This document shows, in pieces, positions 1 through 13,136 of a stretch of DNA of 64,000 nucleotides. The DNA comes from Eutreptiella sp. 'Long Island Sound 2002' (lineage: Eukaryota; Protista; Euglenida): NCBI GenBank assembly GCA_964036045.1, contig OZ038378.1, positions 141,608,001-141,672,000 of the forward strand. Direction: 5' to 3'. The stretch's first letter is position 1. Each line of letters starts with the position of its first letter. A program made the translations under genes and the position numbers. The notes under the pieces are model-generated. The model was not told where the DNA came from. It searched no databases and saw nothing but the letters and a program-made list of their open reading frames with translations.

Positions 1-329
1 GCTACGGTTTCCAGCGACCCCCAGGGGGGGGGGTCACTCAGCAATGGCTTGATGAGGTCATGGCATGCATCAGCGTCGTGGCCGAGCACAGGGGAACGGT
101 GGCCCACGGGAGGACAGCTCCTTTGTGCAGTGGGTCTCGTGGACCATCCGTGACCCGTTGTGGACGTGCTGGGCTGCGAGCAGTCTGGACGTCCTGAATG
201 TGGATCTCTGACTGCCGTGGGTGTGTCCAGTCCGGCCGGTGTGTGTCCGGTGTTCTAGTGAACGCAACGCTGAGGCCGGCTTGGGACTGGGGGGGGGGGG
301 GGGGGCAGGGCGGTAGCCTACGGGCTCTA

Positions 330-619
330 GCCCCTGAGTGGACTCCGTGCTGTCTGCTCTCCTGTACCCTTGGGGACTCTTGGGCCGGCTGTTTGTGAGG
401 GAGTCCACGCAACGGCACTCTGACTGCCCCAAAGGGGCATGGGTGGTGCTGTCCTTGGCATCGCCCTCTACATCCGGCACTGGGCCTTCGTGCAGGCCCT
501 CAGGATGCGCTACGCACTGCATTGTCATGAGGGCACCTACAGGGAAGGCTCGTGGCACTGTGCTACCACTGTGGGGAAGGCCTGACGACCTCCCACTCTG
601 TGACCAGTCCTTTGTGTGT

Positions 620-698
<79 letters not shown>

Positions 699-1010
699 GG
701 GGGGTTGGGATATGGAACCAGAGCGGGGTGAAAACCCTGGCAACAGCGTCCCGTTTCATGCACAGAGCGCGCCTTCCCCCTCCGGGGGGGCATATCCCAT
801 GAAGGCTGGGAGGGGGAGGGGTTCGGTGAGTGAGCAATGGACGGTGGCGATATGGCCTCCAATGGGGTGGCTCATCCATTCCATGTCCTCGTTCCCCGTA
901 GGGACATCCAGCAGTGCTGATTGCCTCTGCTCCACGCCTGTACCCATGTACCCGTAGGCCACACGGTGGAACACCACAGGCAGGAAAGTATTCGAGCGGC
1001 TGACGACCAC
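330..1010 (-). pseudogene. Decayed RNase H region plus tail of a non-LTR retrotransposon
   Basis: Minus-strand fragments (GAEAISTAG..GMDEPPHWR, RRALCMKRDAVARVFTPLW, QGLEPV) loosely parallel the RNase H/PLW/LGMVPM segments at 60551-61017. Frameshifted and split by a (TG)n tract. Confidence 0.35.
613..696. repeat. (TG)n microsatellite
   Basis: About 42 TG units with one TA interruption. Confidence 0.98.
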
Positions 1011-4000
1011 TGAGAGGGTGGGGGGATTCCCCCCCCCCCCCCCCCCGCTCCTCTCTTCAAATACATGCTTGAGCAGGGGGTTGGGTCAGTAGATGATCGG
1101 TGGTGGTAGTACGGCCTCCAACGGTGCATCTCATCTGTGGTATCCGGTTGACTGTTTGTTCGGTGCCAGCGTTTCTGGCCATGGGGAACGCACTGGTCTG
1201 TTCGGCCTCTTTGATTTGATCACAGTTGTCCTGTGGTCTCCCTCCCGCAAACGGGACCAGCACATCGTCCCTCTTCCCACAGACCTGCCTGCGAAAGGCG
1301 CCCGGGGCTGTTCCTCAGCCCTGCACAAGCGCTCTCCTTCTTGTGGCTCTGCATGTGCTGCCTGTTATGTGGGACTGAAATTCCAATCCGACCCACAGCA
1401 CTGCGCTTTGCCTCCCCCACTCCCGACAAATGACCTCAAGCAACAAAATAAGGTCACACAAAACACGCGGCATTGGGAACCGGTTGCGTGACATGGTGAG
1501 CGCCAGATGGTGATGTGTGGTCTGCCGCGTGTGACCGTGTCAGCAAAACACTGCTCACCATTGCACGGCCACTCCCCTGCCGGCGCTGGCAGAGGCTTCG
1601 CATGCAACCGCTCCCATGGCCGTGAGGTCCGGCGTCTGCATCGAGTTCACATTGATGTTGGGAGGGCGACACAGGGCCATGCGGTTCTGGATCCCATCGC
1701 GCGCCCCATCAGAATGGGCATGTTGCACTCTGGTGGTCTGGGATGGACGGGCTTGGCTCCTTTGGGTTTCCGAGATCCCCATTTCCCTTTGTCTTTGTCT
1801 TTGGGAAGTGGTCGCAGAAAAGTGCAGTTGGGAACAGATGACAGCATGCGGATGGGCTTATTGTGTGTGTTGTGTTTCATGAGGAAGTCCCGGGTGTTGG
1901 TCTGACCGGCCGCCAATCGCATTGAAGGCACGCGCTTCGCAGTGCAGCATGTGGGCCTGGCAATTTTGCAGGCGCCATGCGCATCTGCCTCAAACGAGAC
2001 AGGTCCAGCGTCACACTCCCCTGCCCCCTCATGTCCTGCAGTTTCCTCTGAGAAGTTTTCTCTGAGATGAACCATAAAATTGAGGCCCCGAGAGATAAGC
2101 CCGTTCCACATCCAACGTAACACACGAGGGCTGCTGAAGTGAGTGTGGGGAATGCGGAGGCTTGGAGCCCTTGTCCCAGTGAAGACGCAAATGCCCGTCC
2201 AGCCACCCGTCAATTAGGAAAAAAAACACTGTTTTTTGTTTTTTTTGTTTTCCCCCTGTTTCCCCCGTTTTTTCCGGTGTTTTTCGATGTTTTTTGGTGT
2301 TTTTTTCGCTGTTTTTTGGGTTTTGCAATCCATTTTTGGTAAGTTTGAAATATGCAACTCCTACATTTTTCACACATTGGTTCTATTTTAAGGAATTTGT
2401 CGTGCCAGTCAGCAATCGTAACTAGTTGCCGTGGGTGTTTACTTACTCAACTTCTAGTTCCAATGTGGTATGTAGAAATAGATAATTAGTTAAAATAGGC
2501 CTAATGGACTCAATAGATACGAGATAGTTTCAATGAGCATCGTTTTTGCATTGCCAACGTACAAAAAACAGGGAACATTGCATAGTTAAGGTGTGGTTTC
2601 ACAACTTACAGTAGCAAAAGGTTTGAGGGAGGGCAAGGGAGAGGCAAATAGTATGAGGCTTCCACCCTTCTGTTTTTGCTTTGTATCCATAGCCCATGCC
2701 GCCCGTGTGGCTCCGCCCCGAATCCGGGGGTGCATGGTCACACTTTTCTTCTGTGGCCGATGCTGTCAAACACTTGCCCCCCCCCCCCCCCAACTTCCCC
2801 GTGCGGGCGGTGCAAGGGCCAATTGCCTTTGGAGCTGCATTTCTTGCCCCCGCCCATCCCCCCGATGGTGAGGGCTCCAAAGGCCAATTGCCTTTGAACG
2901 CCTTGGTCTTGCCCCTGAACCGCCCAAGCCACTCGCAATTCCACATGATAACTTAACACCCGGCAGATCCCTTTCCCACCTAATTGGGACCTGGGCATGC
3001 AGTGTGTGGGGGCCAGGGATGTTCAGGTCGCCACAGTGCTGTACTCTAGCGGAGGAAACTGAAATTTGGCCCCCCAAGCCCTTGCCTAGCACTCACACCA
3101 AGCATATGGCCCCTGAAGCCCCCTTTTCCAACCACCACCACCCCAAAATTTTTTTGGGGGGCGCACCCTTATCCCACCGCTACTTTTTCACAAGCCATGT
3201 TCGATGTTTTGGCCTGGAACCCTCCATGTTGTTGCCGGCCGAAGCTTGCCTTTTTTTGCACGTGTCTTTTTTGTGGCTGGGTACACAGGCATCTCTTGTG
3301 CTAGGGCTGGGGTGAAACATCAGGTTGTCCAACGTTGTGGGGGTGTAGCATGGTTTGTACAGGCAAGAATATCGCCAATTGTAGCAAAAAAGCCCAATTT
3401 CTTCCTGTCATGTGCGCGATGTGCCCGCACTGTGCACACACGCCCCCAGGTGACGGGGCAATTGGGGGAGCAGGCAGCCAGCACCACTACTGCTGCTAAA
3501 GACCCCACCGCACTGGGCTGGGTAGCAGCTGCTTCCACTAGGGGGTCAACATTGCAAACGGTGGCAAGCCAGGGTGCATGGATGCCTGAGGTGCGGATCT
3601 CTTCCTCCACATAATTGATCTTGTCCTACCACTCATTAGGTACGGAGGAGAGGCACTCTATGTCGATTGTGAATTTTGAAGGATGAGCTTCCATGTTGCA
3701 CCAGATGTGCTTGCATGGGGGCTTCGTTAGAACTAGCGAGGCCCACAAGGTCTTTGTATGGTTCTTGGCACGGAGATAGAGCGGTCGCTGCAAGTCACGG
3801 AGCAAGTTACAGACACCACGTTTTACTAGCTGTGTGTCTTACCATTGTGGCAAAAAGCTGGCCTACCCTCCACTGCACTGGGGAGAGGATGTGCTACAAC
3901 TCTGTTCGCGAGTGTTTCACTATCTAGAAAATGTTCTAGTGCATTCCTGCAAGAGTGAGACGGCGACAACCGCCATCCACCCGTTGCTGCTGCACAACAT

Positions 4001-4300
4001 CGCCGATTACAGCATGTTCCCTCTCAACAACTCCGCAACGACATTCGTCCTGAATCTCGTCCTCATCCCTAGACACCCATACACTGCCATGTTGTGTGTC
4101 ATTTCAAACACTCTTGAACGTTGGGACCACGTGTTCCTACCCTTCCCTACCGAACGTTGTGGAGTCCACGATGAACTCCCACTATCTCCATACTAACACA
4201 AAAGACGGAGGTCTAGGCCCATCGGCCATTCGGTGGGGGTCATGCCCATCGCATCATCACCAATGGTGAGCCTATCTTGGTGGGCATCACTAGCAAGCCT

Positions 4301-6353
4301 TAGCTAAATGGGTACGGAGTCGGGTGTTTTACAAAAAAAAACGCTTTTTTTTTGCCGTTTTTGGCCGTTTTTGGCCGCGGGTTGGTGTTTTTTCATGTTT
4401 GTTGGTGTTTTTTTTGTTTTTTCATGGTGGTATTAGGTACAAACGCATCTTGTGGTACCAAGGAAGCATTGTTTTTTGAATATTTTTGGCATTCCTTGTT
4501 TCTCCGACGTCTTCCGGCAGATAATTTTTTTGTTTTTTTTACCTCATGCATGATGTGCCAAGTAGTTCTGCAATGGGGAACACACATATATGGGAGATAT
4601 GGGATTTGGGATGTTACGTCCGTATGTCATGGCATGTATACGTGCAATCGGCGATCACATAGCAGATAGAGGTGTAAAGGAGGTCACAAAAAGAAAGTAG
4701 ATGGGATGTGGGATCAGGGATGTCTGGTATGGGATGTGGGACATAGGATGTGGGATGCGCATTGCAAATACGTACGACATGTCCGTTGTTTCCCCCTCTT
4801 GGTAGCGTATGTTTTGTTGATGCCTGGCGTCTGGGTGAAGAACGACGTTGAGGGCGCCGAGTGGTCGTACCACAAATCTGTCTCGGCCGCCGCTCGTTAC
4901 CTGGGAGAGCAGGGTGTCAAGTTGCATGATGCCCAAGTTAGCCGGGAGGCCAAGCGCAATGGAGCCCGCAACGGTTGGCACTTCACTACCAACCTGAACA
5001 CGGTAGCCCCCCGTAATGCCACCGTTGCTGCAAAACCCCGCGCAGCACCATCCATCCCCAGCGGTCTTGCCGGTGCCAACCGCGTTTGCGGTGCTTGCGA
5101 TAGTGAGTTCGGAGGGCACCTTAAGAAATGCGTTTCCTGTGGCAAGCAGACCCATGAACTATGTGGTACTATTGTTGTACAACACAGGTTCCACTGCTAC
5201 ATGTGCGTGTGCCTAGTCTGTCACTGTCATTTGACAGACCCAGTGGTACAGTGTGCCCGATGCACGCGCACCGCTCATGCACACTGCACAACCGCAGTTG
5301 GTGACACAGTTCATTGCAAGGCTTGCGCCTCTCCACCACCACCACCACCAAACCGAGGCCAGCGGCGCCTGTTTCGCCAGCAGTGGCGAAAGGGCCGGCC
5401 GTGGTTGAAATACATCAACGACCTCATGCACTGCGCTGCTTGTCGGATGTACCCCCAGCCTGGTGGCTCCCCTGAATGGGCCCGGGGCACCAGCAACTTC
5501 CGCGCCTCAGCCGTGAAGAAGCATGATTGCTCCGGTCCCCACCATGTTGCTCTGGCAATGTGGATATCCAACGGTGAGAAGTCCTCTGCCTTAGGGACCC
5601 TGCCGCCGCACATACGCGACGGGGTCCTGACGGCGTTCCGAGCGGTGTACCAAGGGAAAAGAGCGTGGGTTCCTTGCAGGACTTTCCTGGGGATCTGACT
5701 ATGATTGAGCTCTCTGGTGGCAATGTCCTTCCGGGCTACCGCTCCGAGTTCTTTGCCCGTGGCATTCTTGCGGCCATAGCAGTGCCTTTCCGCTACACCC
5801 AAGGCACCATCATCCAGAGCGCCGAGTACTTGGCTCTTGCTTCGGATTCGGCCACGGACAGGGCCGCCCACAAAGCAGAGCTAGTCTACTACCGGACCAT
5901 GTTTGAAGGAAAGCCCCGGACGGCGTTCTTGTCATGCCAGGCATAACAATGGCCATCCACAGCGATGTAGGAGGTGACGGCAGTCCTTGGGCAAACCCAC
6001 CTTAAAAACACCCTGGCTGCCGGAATACATCAATTTGCAAACACACAATCAGGAACAATTGAAAATGGTGGGAAAACGCCACTTCGGGTCACAAGGCCGA
6101 AGCAACCAATCTGCAGCATAGTGTTGTTTTTCTGCTTTGTGTTGTTGATTGGTTGAGCTGTTGAGTGGCACCATGCTATGAACCCTTAAAAAACATGTTA
6201 ATTGCCCTGGGAAATACATTTGAGGTCATAGGGATGCAGAAAAACAACATTTTGGGTGAAAAAAACCAAAAAAACACAAAAAAAGGTATTTAAAAAAAAA
6301 ACACCGTTTAGGGTGTCCGGGTGTCGCCGGGGTCCGTGACACCCGTTTACCTA
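4301..6353 (+). mobile_element. Internally deleted hAT-superfamily DNA transposon (ZNF862/DUF4371-like)
   Basis: Left end TAGCTAAATGGGT (4301-4313) vs reverse complement of right end TAGGTAAACGGGT (6341-6353): 13-bp TIR, 2 mismatches. AGCCT flanks both sides (4296-4300, 6354-6358). Encloses a transposase fragment and GGGATGT subterminal repeats (~4700-4760). Confidence 0.75.
4820..5946 (+). pseudogene. hAT transposase N-terminal half, frameshifted (~5660-5690) and truncated
   Basis: WLKY..LMHCAACRMYP...GTSNFRASAVKKHDCSGPHH is a TTF/C17orf113-type zinc finger. It is followed by AFRAVY and, in a shifted frame, DFPGDLTMIELSGGNVLPGYRSEFFARGILAAIA..EYLALASDSATD..KAELVYYR..G.P.TAFL, matching the ZNF862-like first catalytic Asp region. 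A Cys/His PHD-like cluster lies upstream. Confidence 0.8.
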
Positions 6354-6859
6354 AGCCTTGATCACTAGGAAACATTCCGCAACACACAAGATCCACCTCT
6401 GCGCCATATGTTGCATCGGGGCATCCCTTGGGGCTACCTCACTACTTGGAGGCAACACCGGCTGTCCCAAGATCTCTTTGACACTAAAAGCGTTGACTAG
6501 GATGAGACACACCACTGCCACAGAGGATGCATCCACCCACGTTACGTTTGCGATGACACACGCGCGCGCGCGCTCGCTTAGCAGTAGGTCCTAGGAAGTA
6601 GAACCTCGCAGTTTGAGCATGATCTGAAAGATTTGGGTATCACACACACAAACACACCCGGGAGGCCCCCTACCCCCTCAAGCGCATAGGTACCAAGAGG
6701 CCGGACTGCCGGCCTCTCTCGGAGGGAAACCACACAACGCGAGCGAGAATACAAGCATGGGACCACCGGTGCCGCACAGTGTGCCAAAGGTGTGGCGCGC
6801 ACCGGGCCAGCCGGTGCGCAGAAGTTGTCAGTGTGCTGCCCAACCGCCTTTGGACACTG

Positions 6860-7680
6860 CGCAGCCCTGGCCGCCCACCGCGCGGCCCGGGCCACGCAAC
6901 CGCTGTCGGAGACCGCGTGACCTGGACTACCCGACCACTCTCGGAGACCGCGCGGCCCGGTCCGCGGGACCGCTCGGAGAATGCACCGCCCATGTTGCGC
7001 GACCGCCTTCGGACACCGCGCGGCACGGGCCGAGCGACAACCTTTGGGACTGCGTGACCCGGGCCACTTGATGGCTTTCGGTGACCGCGCAGCCCGGACT
7101 GCGCGACCGCTCTTGGGGACCGCACAGCCCAGGCTACACAACCAATGTCGGGGACCATGCGGCCCACGCCACGATACTGCTCTGGGAGACAGCACGCCCC
7201 GGGCCGCGCAACCGCTCTCAGACCCGGGCCATGCGACTACTGTTGGGGACCGCGTGGCCCGGGCTGCGCTATGGCTGTGGAGGACCGTGCGGCCCGGGCT
7301 GGGATACCACTACCGGGGACCTCGCGCCCCAGGCCGTGCGATCGCTGTCGGTACCACGGCTGTGGGACCGCTCTCGGGGAACACGCGGCCCGGGACGCGC
7401 GACTGCTGTTGGTTTGGAGATCGCACGGCCCAGGCCGCGCAACTTCCGTCATGGACCGCGCGGCCCGGGCCGCGTGACCGCTCTCAGGGGCGGCCCGTCC
7501 TAGGCCGCGCGACCACTGTCGGGGACCATGCGGCCCGGGTCGTGCAACTGTTGTTGAGGACCGCGTGGCCTGGGTCGGGCGACTGCGCTCAGGGACAGTG
7601 CGGCTTGGGCTGCGCGCCTGCTTTTGGGGACCGCACAATGGCTGTCGGTTAGGAGACGGTGCGGCCCGGGCCACGTTTGG
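6860..7680. repeat. 35-bp GC-rich minisatellite (~23 degenerate copies)
   Basis: GACCGC recurs at 35-bp spacing (6911/6946, 7083/7118). Consensus is close to GACCGCGCGGCCCGGGCCGCGCGACCGCTCTCGGG. Confidence 0.9.
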
Positions 7681-7928
7681 CTATGTCAAGTGCTTTGGTG
7701 TCATCTTGTAGGCATTGGTGCTGCAGATCGCCCACGATCTTGCTGTGGACAATGGGGGGTCATACACACCGGCGGCCATGTACCGTCAGCTCTGGCGCGC
7801 GTTCTGGCGGGGGTGCTAGGGGGATGGTGGCAAGCCACTAACAGCATCCTTTTGCTCTAATGCCCCCTCGGAATCATTGTCATCAATCTCCTCACCACAA
7901 TGTGGAGGATAGAGATTGATACGATGAG

Positions 7929-8460
7929 GTGCCACGTTGTCGTTGGGACACCCGCGCCGCCGCCTTCGCGCGGGCATCCCCATGTGGCGCCGGGGCCGGG
8001 TGCCTGCTAGGTGACGTGGGCGACACCCAGGCCATCACGCTCCAACCCCAGCCCGAGGCACAAGGACTTCGAGACGTGCAAGCCGTCGTGGACTACACGG
8101 AAGTTTGGGTGGTGGACACCGGCTAGGACGCCAACACCATGAAATCCATTTCATGACAGATGATATTGACTGACCAGCATCACCCGCCACCTTGCGCGTG
8201 GCCTCAATCCCATTAGCACGGGAATTCAAGTATCTTGGGGTGCGCACTTGCCCTCCCCAAGGCGTTGTACGGATTGGAGTTGGTCGACTTTGGCTCCCGG
8301 GACCTAGCGCGCCTGAGGTTAGCTGCTGTCTAGGCTTTACGAGGGCCCATCCGCACCTCCCAGGTGAAGGAGGCGTTGTGGGCAGTCTTGACGCCGGGGC
8401 ACTCGGTGTTTACTTGTATGTTGCCACCAGTGCTAGAGTGTGTTGTGGCTAGCCACGAGG
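7929..8460 (+). pseudogene. Non-LTR retrotransposon RT C-terminal remnant
   Basis: VQAVVDYTEVWVVDTG, REFKYLGV (RT end motif) and PKALYGLELVD..LRLAAV*ALRGPIR..KEALWAVLTPGH, spread over several frames. Confidence 0.65.
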
Positions 8461-9838
8461 CATGTAGGCCGGGTCCCAACAAGCCATGTTTTAGGGGGTT
8501 CCGGAACCCCCCCCCCCTCCCCTTGCAGCGTAGCATAGCAGTTGTGTGGCCCAGGCCAAAGAAAATGGAAATGCTCTCCACTGCTGCATATGCATGCTGG
8601 GAGCTGCATGTGTGGAGTGCTTTGTGACTTGCATACGACCACCCTACGTACTACTGCTACTTCAAATTGCCCCCTCCCCCTTTTTACCGGTTTGCAAAAC
8701 CAGATTTGTATGACACTTGCCACAAAATCGGCTGAGTAGTTGTGGCCGCCTAAGACCCGCAGGGCTCGCGCCGACACCCGCCCTTGCACCTCGTCCATGC
8801 GGTGTCCCTCATGGGCCCGCTAGTAGCCGTGCTCCACGACCCCAGGCACGGTGGTGCCCGTTGCCGGGCACAGAGTGCCGCGCTCAGCTACTCCCTGGCA
8901 CCTGCGCCGGTGGGCCGCGCTCCCCCTCCTCGATGGTCTCTCGCCACTTGCCTGCGCGGCAAGCGCTTGTAGGGGAGTATCAGGCACGATGTGTGCGCGG
9001 TGCGTGCACGGTGCGGGTACTGGAGCTGTTCCGTAGACCCATTCACCAGATTCACCAGATTTAGAGGCAACTGCGCCTCAGAGCCTACCAGGTACCATCT
9101 ACAACTCCTCTCCCGATAGACCATCTCCTAGAGAAGTTGTTCAAATACCTGACACGATGCGCACGCGTTGCGGATACTGCCCCGTCGGGGCACAACGGCG
9201 CCATGCCCGGGCCGACTAGTGGGAAATAGTCCAATAGGAAGTAGTCCCGCCAGCCCCTGCCCGGGCGCGTCAGGCGCTTAGTCCACAGCAATTGGCAGTG
9301 TTCCTCTAGATTCCACACCTAGAAGAGCACCGCCGCCGGGGGCACGAAGCACTTTGTGCGACACGCACAGAGCTCTCGCGTGCAAGTGCCGGGGGCACAG
9401 GGGGGTGCGGCATTGCTGCTCCCGGCACCACTAGAGACACCCTCCTCCGGTGCCCAAGGTGGGGGGTGCGCAACAGCGCACTCTATTTCGGACGGGAGGA
9501 GTATGTGCCCCCCCCCCCCCCCTCCTCCCGGAGCGCCGCCTTGCACACTGTACATCCTACTGTACATAGGAGTGGTGGAGCACTCCAACCAAGAAGGGGA
9601 CACATGCATTTGATAGGACGAACCTATGGACTAATGGCTGGAATTGTCTATGGCGGGGACATTCAGTCGATCGATACCGACCATTGATCCCCCCCCCCCC
9701 TTCCCGGATACAACAGCAATAGCAACTGAAATACGACAACAATAGCTAGTGTGCGTAGGACTACAAAAAGTGCGATTCAGAAGAGGGAACAATCACATGG
9801 CACTAACGGCAAGCATATTACACACATCCGAGTCTTTT

Positions 9839-10163
9839 GTGAAACTTTTGGAGACATGTGAGAGACTTTTGTGAGACATTTGGAGACATTTGGGGGACTT
9901 TTGTGAGACATTTGGAGACATTTGGGAGACTTTTGTGAGACACCTAGAGACATTTGGGAGACTTTTGGAGTCTTTTGTGAGACTTTTGTGAGACTTTTGC
10001 GTGACTGTTGTGAGACATTTGGAGACTTTTGCGTGACTGTTGTGAGACATTTGGAAACATTTGGGAGACTTTTGTGAGGTATTTGGAGACATTTGGGAGA
10101 CTTTTGTGAGATATTTGGAGACATCTGGGACACTTTTGTAAGACGTTTGGAGACATTTGGGAT
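9839..10163. repeat. 10/11-bp minisatellite GAGAC(A/T)TTTG(G/T)
   Basis: Tandem GAGACATTTG / GAGACTTTTGT units visible directly. Confidence 0.92.
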
Positions 10164-10950
10164 GAGATGCCATGGCACATCTGCGCCTTATGGGCAAAGG
10201 TATTTGGTAATGCATGATGGACCACATCCTGTGTCCGCAGAGTTTGTTCTGCAGGAGTTTGGGATGGTTTTGGACACTGGGGATGTGGAGTTCGATGTGG
10301 ATGTAGTGGATGAGAACGACGGCAAGGTATGATGTGGACGTGTGTCGTGGTGTAGTGCTGCCCCCTGTCCAATCCCAAGGGCCCAGGGATAAAGGGACGG
10401 TATGGGTTTGGCATCTGATCCCGTGCTGTCTTTAGGGGGCGTTGCCTGCACTGTAATCCCCTGTAATCCAGGCCCCTCACCTGGGAGGAAGTCCACCATA
10501 AAGAAACCCCAAAGGCCCAAACTCATTGCGTGTCCAATGGTATCCATTGGTGTCCAACGTGTGGGGCCAGTCAGGTCACCCCTCTATCTTATGCTGTGCG
10601 GACACTGTGCGGGAACGCCCACTAGGGATGCCACGCTGGTGACAGATTTCGTGTGCGATGTTGAGGTTTGCTGCTGCGCTGGTGTGACACATGGGGGGCA
10701 TTTTTCAGCCTGGAGGCGGTCGACATGCAAAGCCCAAGCCGCATTTTTCGTGGAGTAAAGATGACCAGGGGGGCAGTGCGGTTAATGGGCTACAGAAGAG
10801 CAGGGCATGCGAATGATGCACACCGGGTTTTGTTTGGACTGATGTCGGCGAGAGGGGCACCACCGGGTGTCACAGCCAACGTGCATCCCAGCCAGCCAAG
10901 ATGGCATCATGGCGTGTAGTATGCAGCAGTGTTATTCAGTGGCATCACAA

Positions 10951-11476
10951 CAGGGCTCAGAAGTACCCAGTTTGGGTACGTTTAGCGGAACACTATCCGG
11001 GAAATGGGCCAAGGTAGGAAAAATGGGGGAAAATGGGGGTAAATGAGGGAAATCCAGATTGCTTGGTGGAAAAATGGGAAATTTAGGGGCTGAAAAGGCC
11101 AAAAATCAAGGTTTAGGTTGGCAACAAGGCTGTGGGGGGGGCGCATTGGTGAAAGCTCCCGAGGAAAAATGGGGGAAAATGGGGAAAGCTCCCGAGGAAA
11201 AATGGGGGAAAATGGGGGAAAATGGGGGAAAATGGGGTAAAATGGGGAAAGATGGGGAGGAAATGGGGAGGAAATGGGGGGAAAGGGGACCGGTTGCACC
11301 ACCCAAGTTTCCTTATTTCCCCCCATTTTCCCCCATTTTCCCCCATTTCCCCCCCATTTCCCCCCATTTCCCCCCATTTCCCCCCATTTTCCCCCATTTT
11401 TCCTTGCCATGGGTACATTGTGGGTACGTTTGTGGGTACAGTACCCGCCACCGGAGCCGGGTACTTCTGAGCCCTG
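10951..11476. mobile_element. MITE with perfect 18-bp TIRs (hAT-like CAGGG ends)
   Basis: CAGGGCTCAGAAGTACCC (10951-10968) and GGGTACTTCTGAGCCCTG (11459-11476). Interior has AAATGGGGGA repeats followed by inverted TCCCCCATTT repeats. TSD is not clean. Confidence 0.8.
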
Positions 11477-11549
11477 ACACAACATCTTCACAAGCCTTTA
11501 CCACAGAACAATGGAGCTCGGGGTAAGGCCTGTCGGCAATGAATGCTGC

Positions 11550-12100
11550 TGGGTATCAGCACTTTGTTCATGTGTCTGTCCCTGTTTTGGTGGCTGTCAT
11601 GGCAATTTTGAGGTTTGGACCGCGTGGTGTTAGTCGCCTTGTGTTCTTTCTCTATTTCCCCATTGGCTTCACCTTTCCAAATCAAGACAAGTCTGGACCT
11701 CTTAACTTCCTGCAAGCAGATGCATCGGTCACCTTCTGCATCCGTGCTGTGTGCCCAATGGATTGCAAAATGCAAAAAGGGAATTATGTTATTTTCCGCT
11801 GTGAATGCGTACAATACAGGCCATTGCTTAGTGGGAGCACCCCGCCCCCCTGATGTACTGATGATTGCAGATGGTCCTTACTTTCTCGCCAATTTGACGA
11901 TATGTGGCGAGAAGAAACGCAACATCACCTCCTGCAGCAGCCCACTCGTCTTCCATCTGTGCTGGGCGAGGGCTGGCAGCTCTACACTGACTTCTTTGGC
12001 CTTTTTGATCATCGAAGAGCAAAGGAATTCCATATGCCATGGTCCATAGAAGAAGGAGAATGGCACATGGTCTCAGGGGGCGCAAGCAAATTTACTTATT
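11550..12100 (-). pseudogene. pogo/Tc5-type (DDE_1) transposase remnant
   Basis: WKTSGLLQEVMLRFFSPHIVK..AIISTSGGRGAP..LYAFTAENNIIPFLHFAIHWAH resembles the DDE_1 pattern W-x-T..F..H..D-G-H..A-x-x-N-N-I..P-x-H. Contains stops. Confidence 0.45.
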
Positions 12101-12900
12101 TTGGGGCCACAAGTAAATGTTGAGTGATGGCAGCACAGCAGTACAGGCCGCCAAACGTACGCTTCGACGCATCAATCTCCCCCTTTTTTCAAATGCAAAT
12201 ATGTTGACACTCTGAGTACTTTGAGCTGGTTTGTTGGGCTGCCTTTGCGGCTATGTTGCTTCATGTACTTGGTCTTTCCAATGTGAGATCCTGTCAATAA
12301 AGTCATATGCAATAGGCATTTATTGGAGACGGGGGTTTTGCCCACTCCAACAGGCCTGGAGTTCCACCCACAGTGGTCGTAAGGCCAACGGGGGAACATG
12401 GCTAATTCAAGTCGGAGCATTGCCAAGATTGGGTAAAGGCAGTGAATCGGCAATACCACATGAATCCATCTTCATTGCCATGTTCTTTTTGGGGTCTCCT
12501 CCACCATTGCCTTTAAGAAATCCCTTGGTAGGAGGTAAAAGGCCACTACATTGACACCACATTCCTTCCTCCACATGGAGGGAGGAACAAGCTGGTGAGG
12601 TTGATGAGGAAGGTGATGATCCCTCCTTCTGGGGGCCCTTCCAAAGGCTCAAGACAAGTCAAGTAGGAAGTTGAAAGGCAATGGTTGAGTATTTGTTGAG
12701 CGGTGGGCTGAAGCTGCAGCACGCGGCGCGACATGCACACCCGGCGCCGAGCCCCACCCCGACACTGCTGACCAATGCGAAGGCCAGAAGAGGCACACCA
12801 TTTTGCTGGCAGCCCTCAGCACCATTTCAATATAGAATGCTGCTCTCGCTGCTGAAGGGCGGTGCCGACGAGGGCGTTTCTCATTGCTGGCCCATTTCAG

Positions 12901-13136
12901 GCACAGTCTATTGCAGCGCAGTCCATCGATGCAAATCCGAAGGGCCACTCCGAGGCCCAGTCCACACCCACCGATGTGAAGGCTTACGCCGAGCAGTCGT
13001 CGTCGTCATCTTCGTCGTCATCCGCCGCCCTGCCTCCAGCGACACAAAGCACGTCTTCGAAGCCGAAGCAAAGCACCTCCGCTGTCGCCAAGACCCCGGC
13101 CCCTGGCCACGTGCGTACACAGACCCTGGACGAGTT
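12901..13136 (+). CDS. Candidate internal exon of a host gene (Ser/Ala/Thr-rich)
   Basis: Acceptor CCCATTTCAG|, GC3-rich open frame AQSIAAQSIDANPKG...TQTLDE, donor |GTGTGT at 13137. Joins in phase with 16891. Confidence 0.4.

Noticed and set aside
8745-9500. GC-rich segment that looks like a familiar high-copy euglenid retroelement end
   Set aside because: Recognition is from memory only; single copy in this window and no diagnostic motif.
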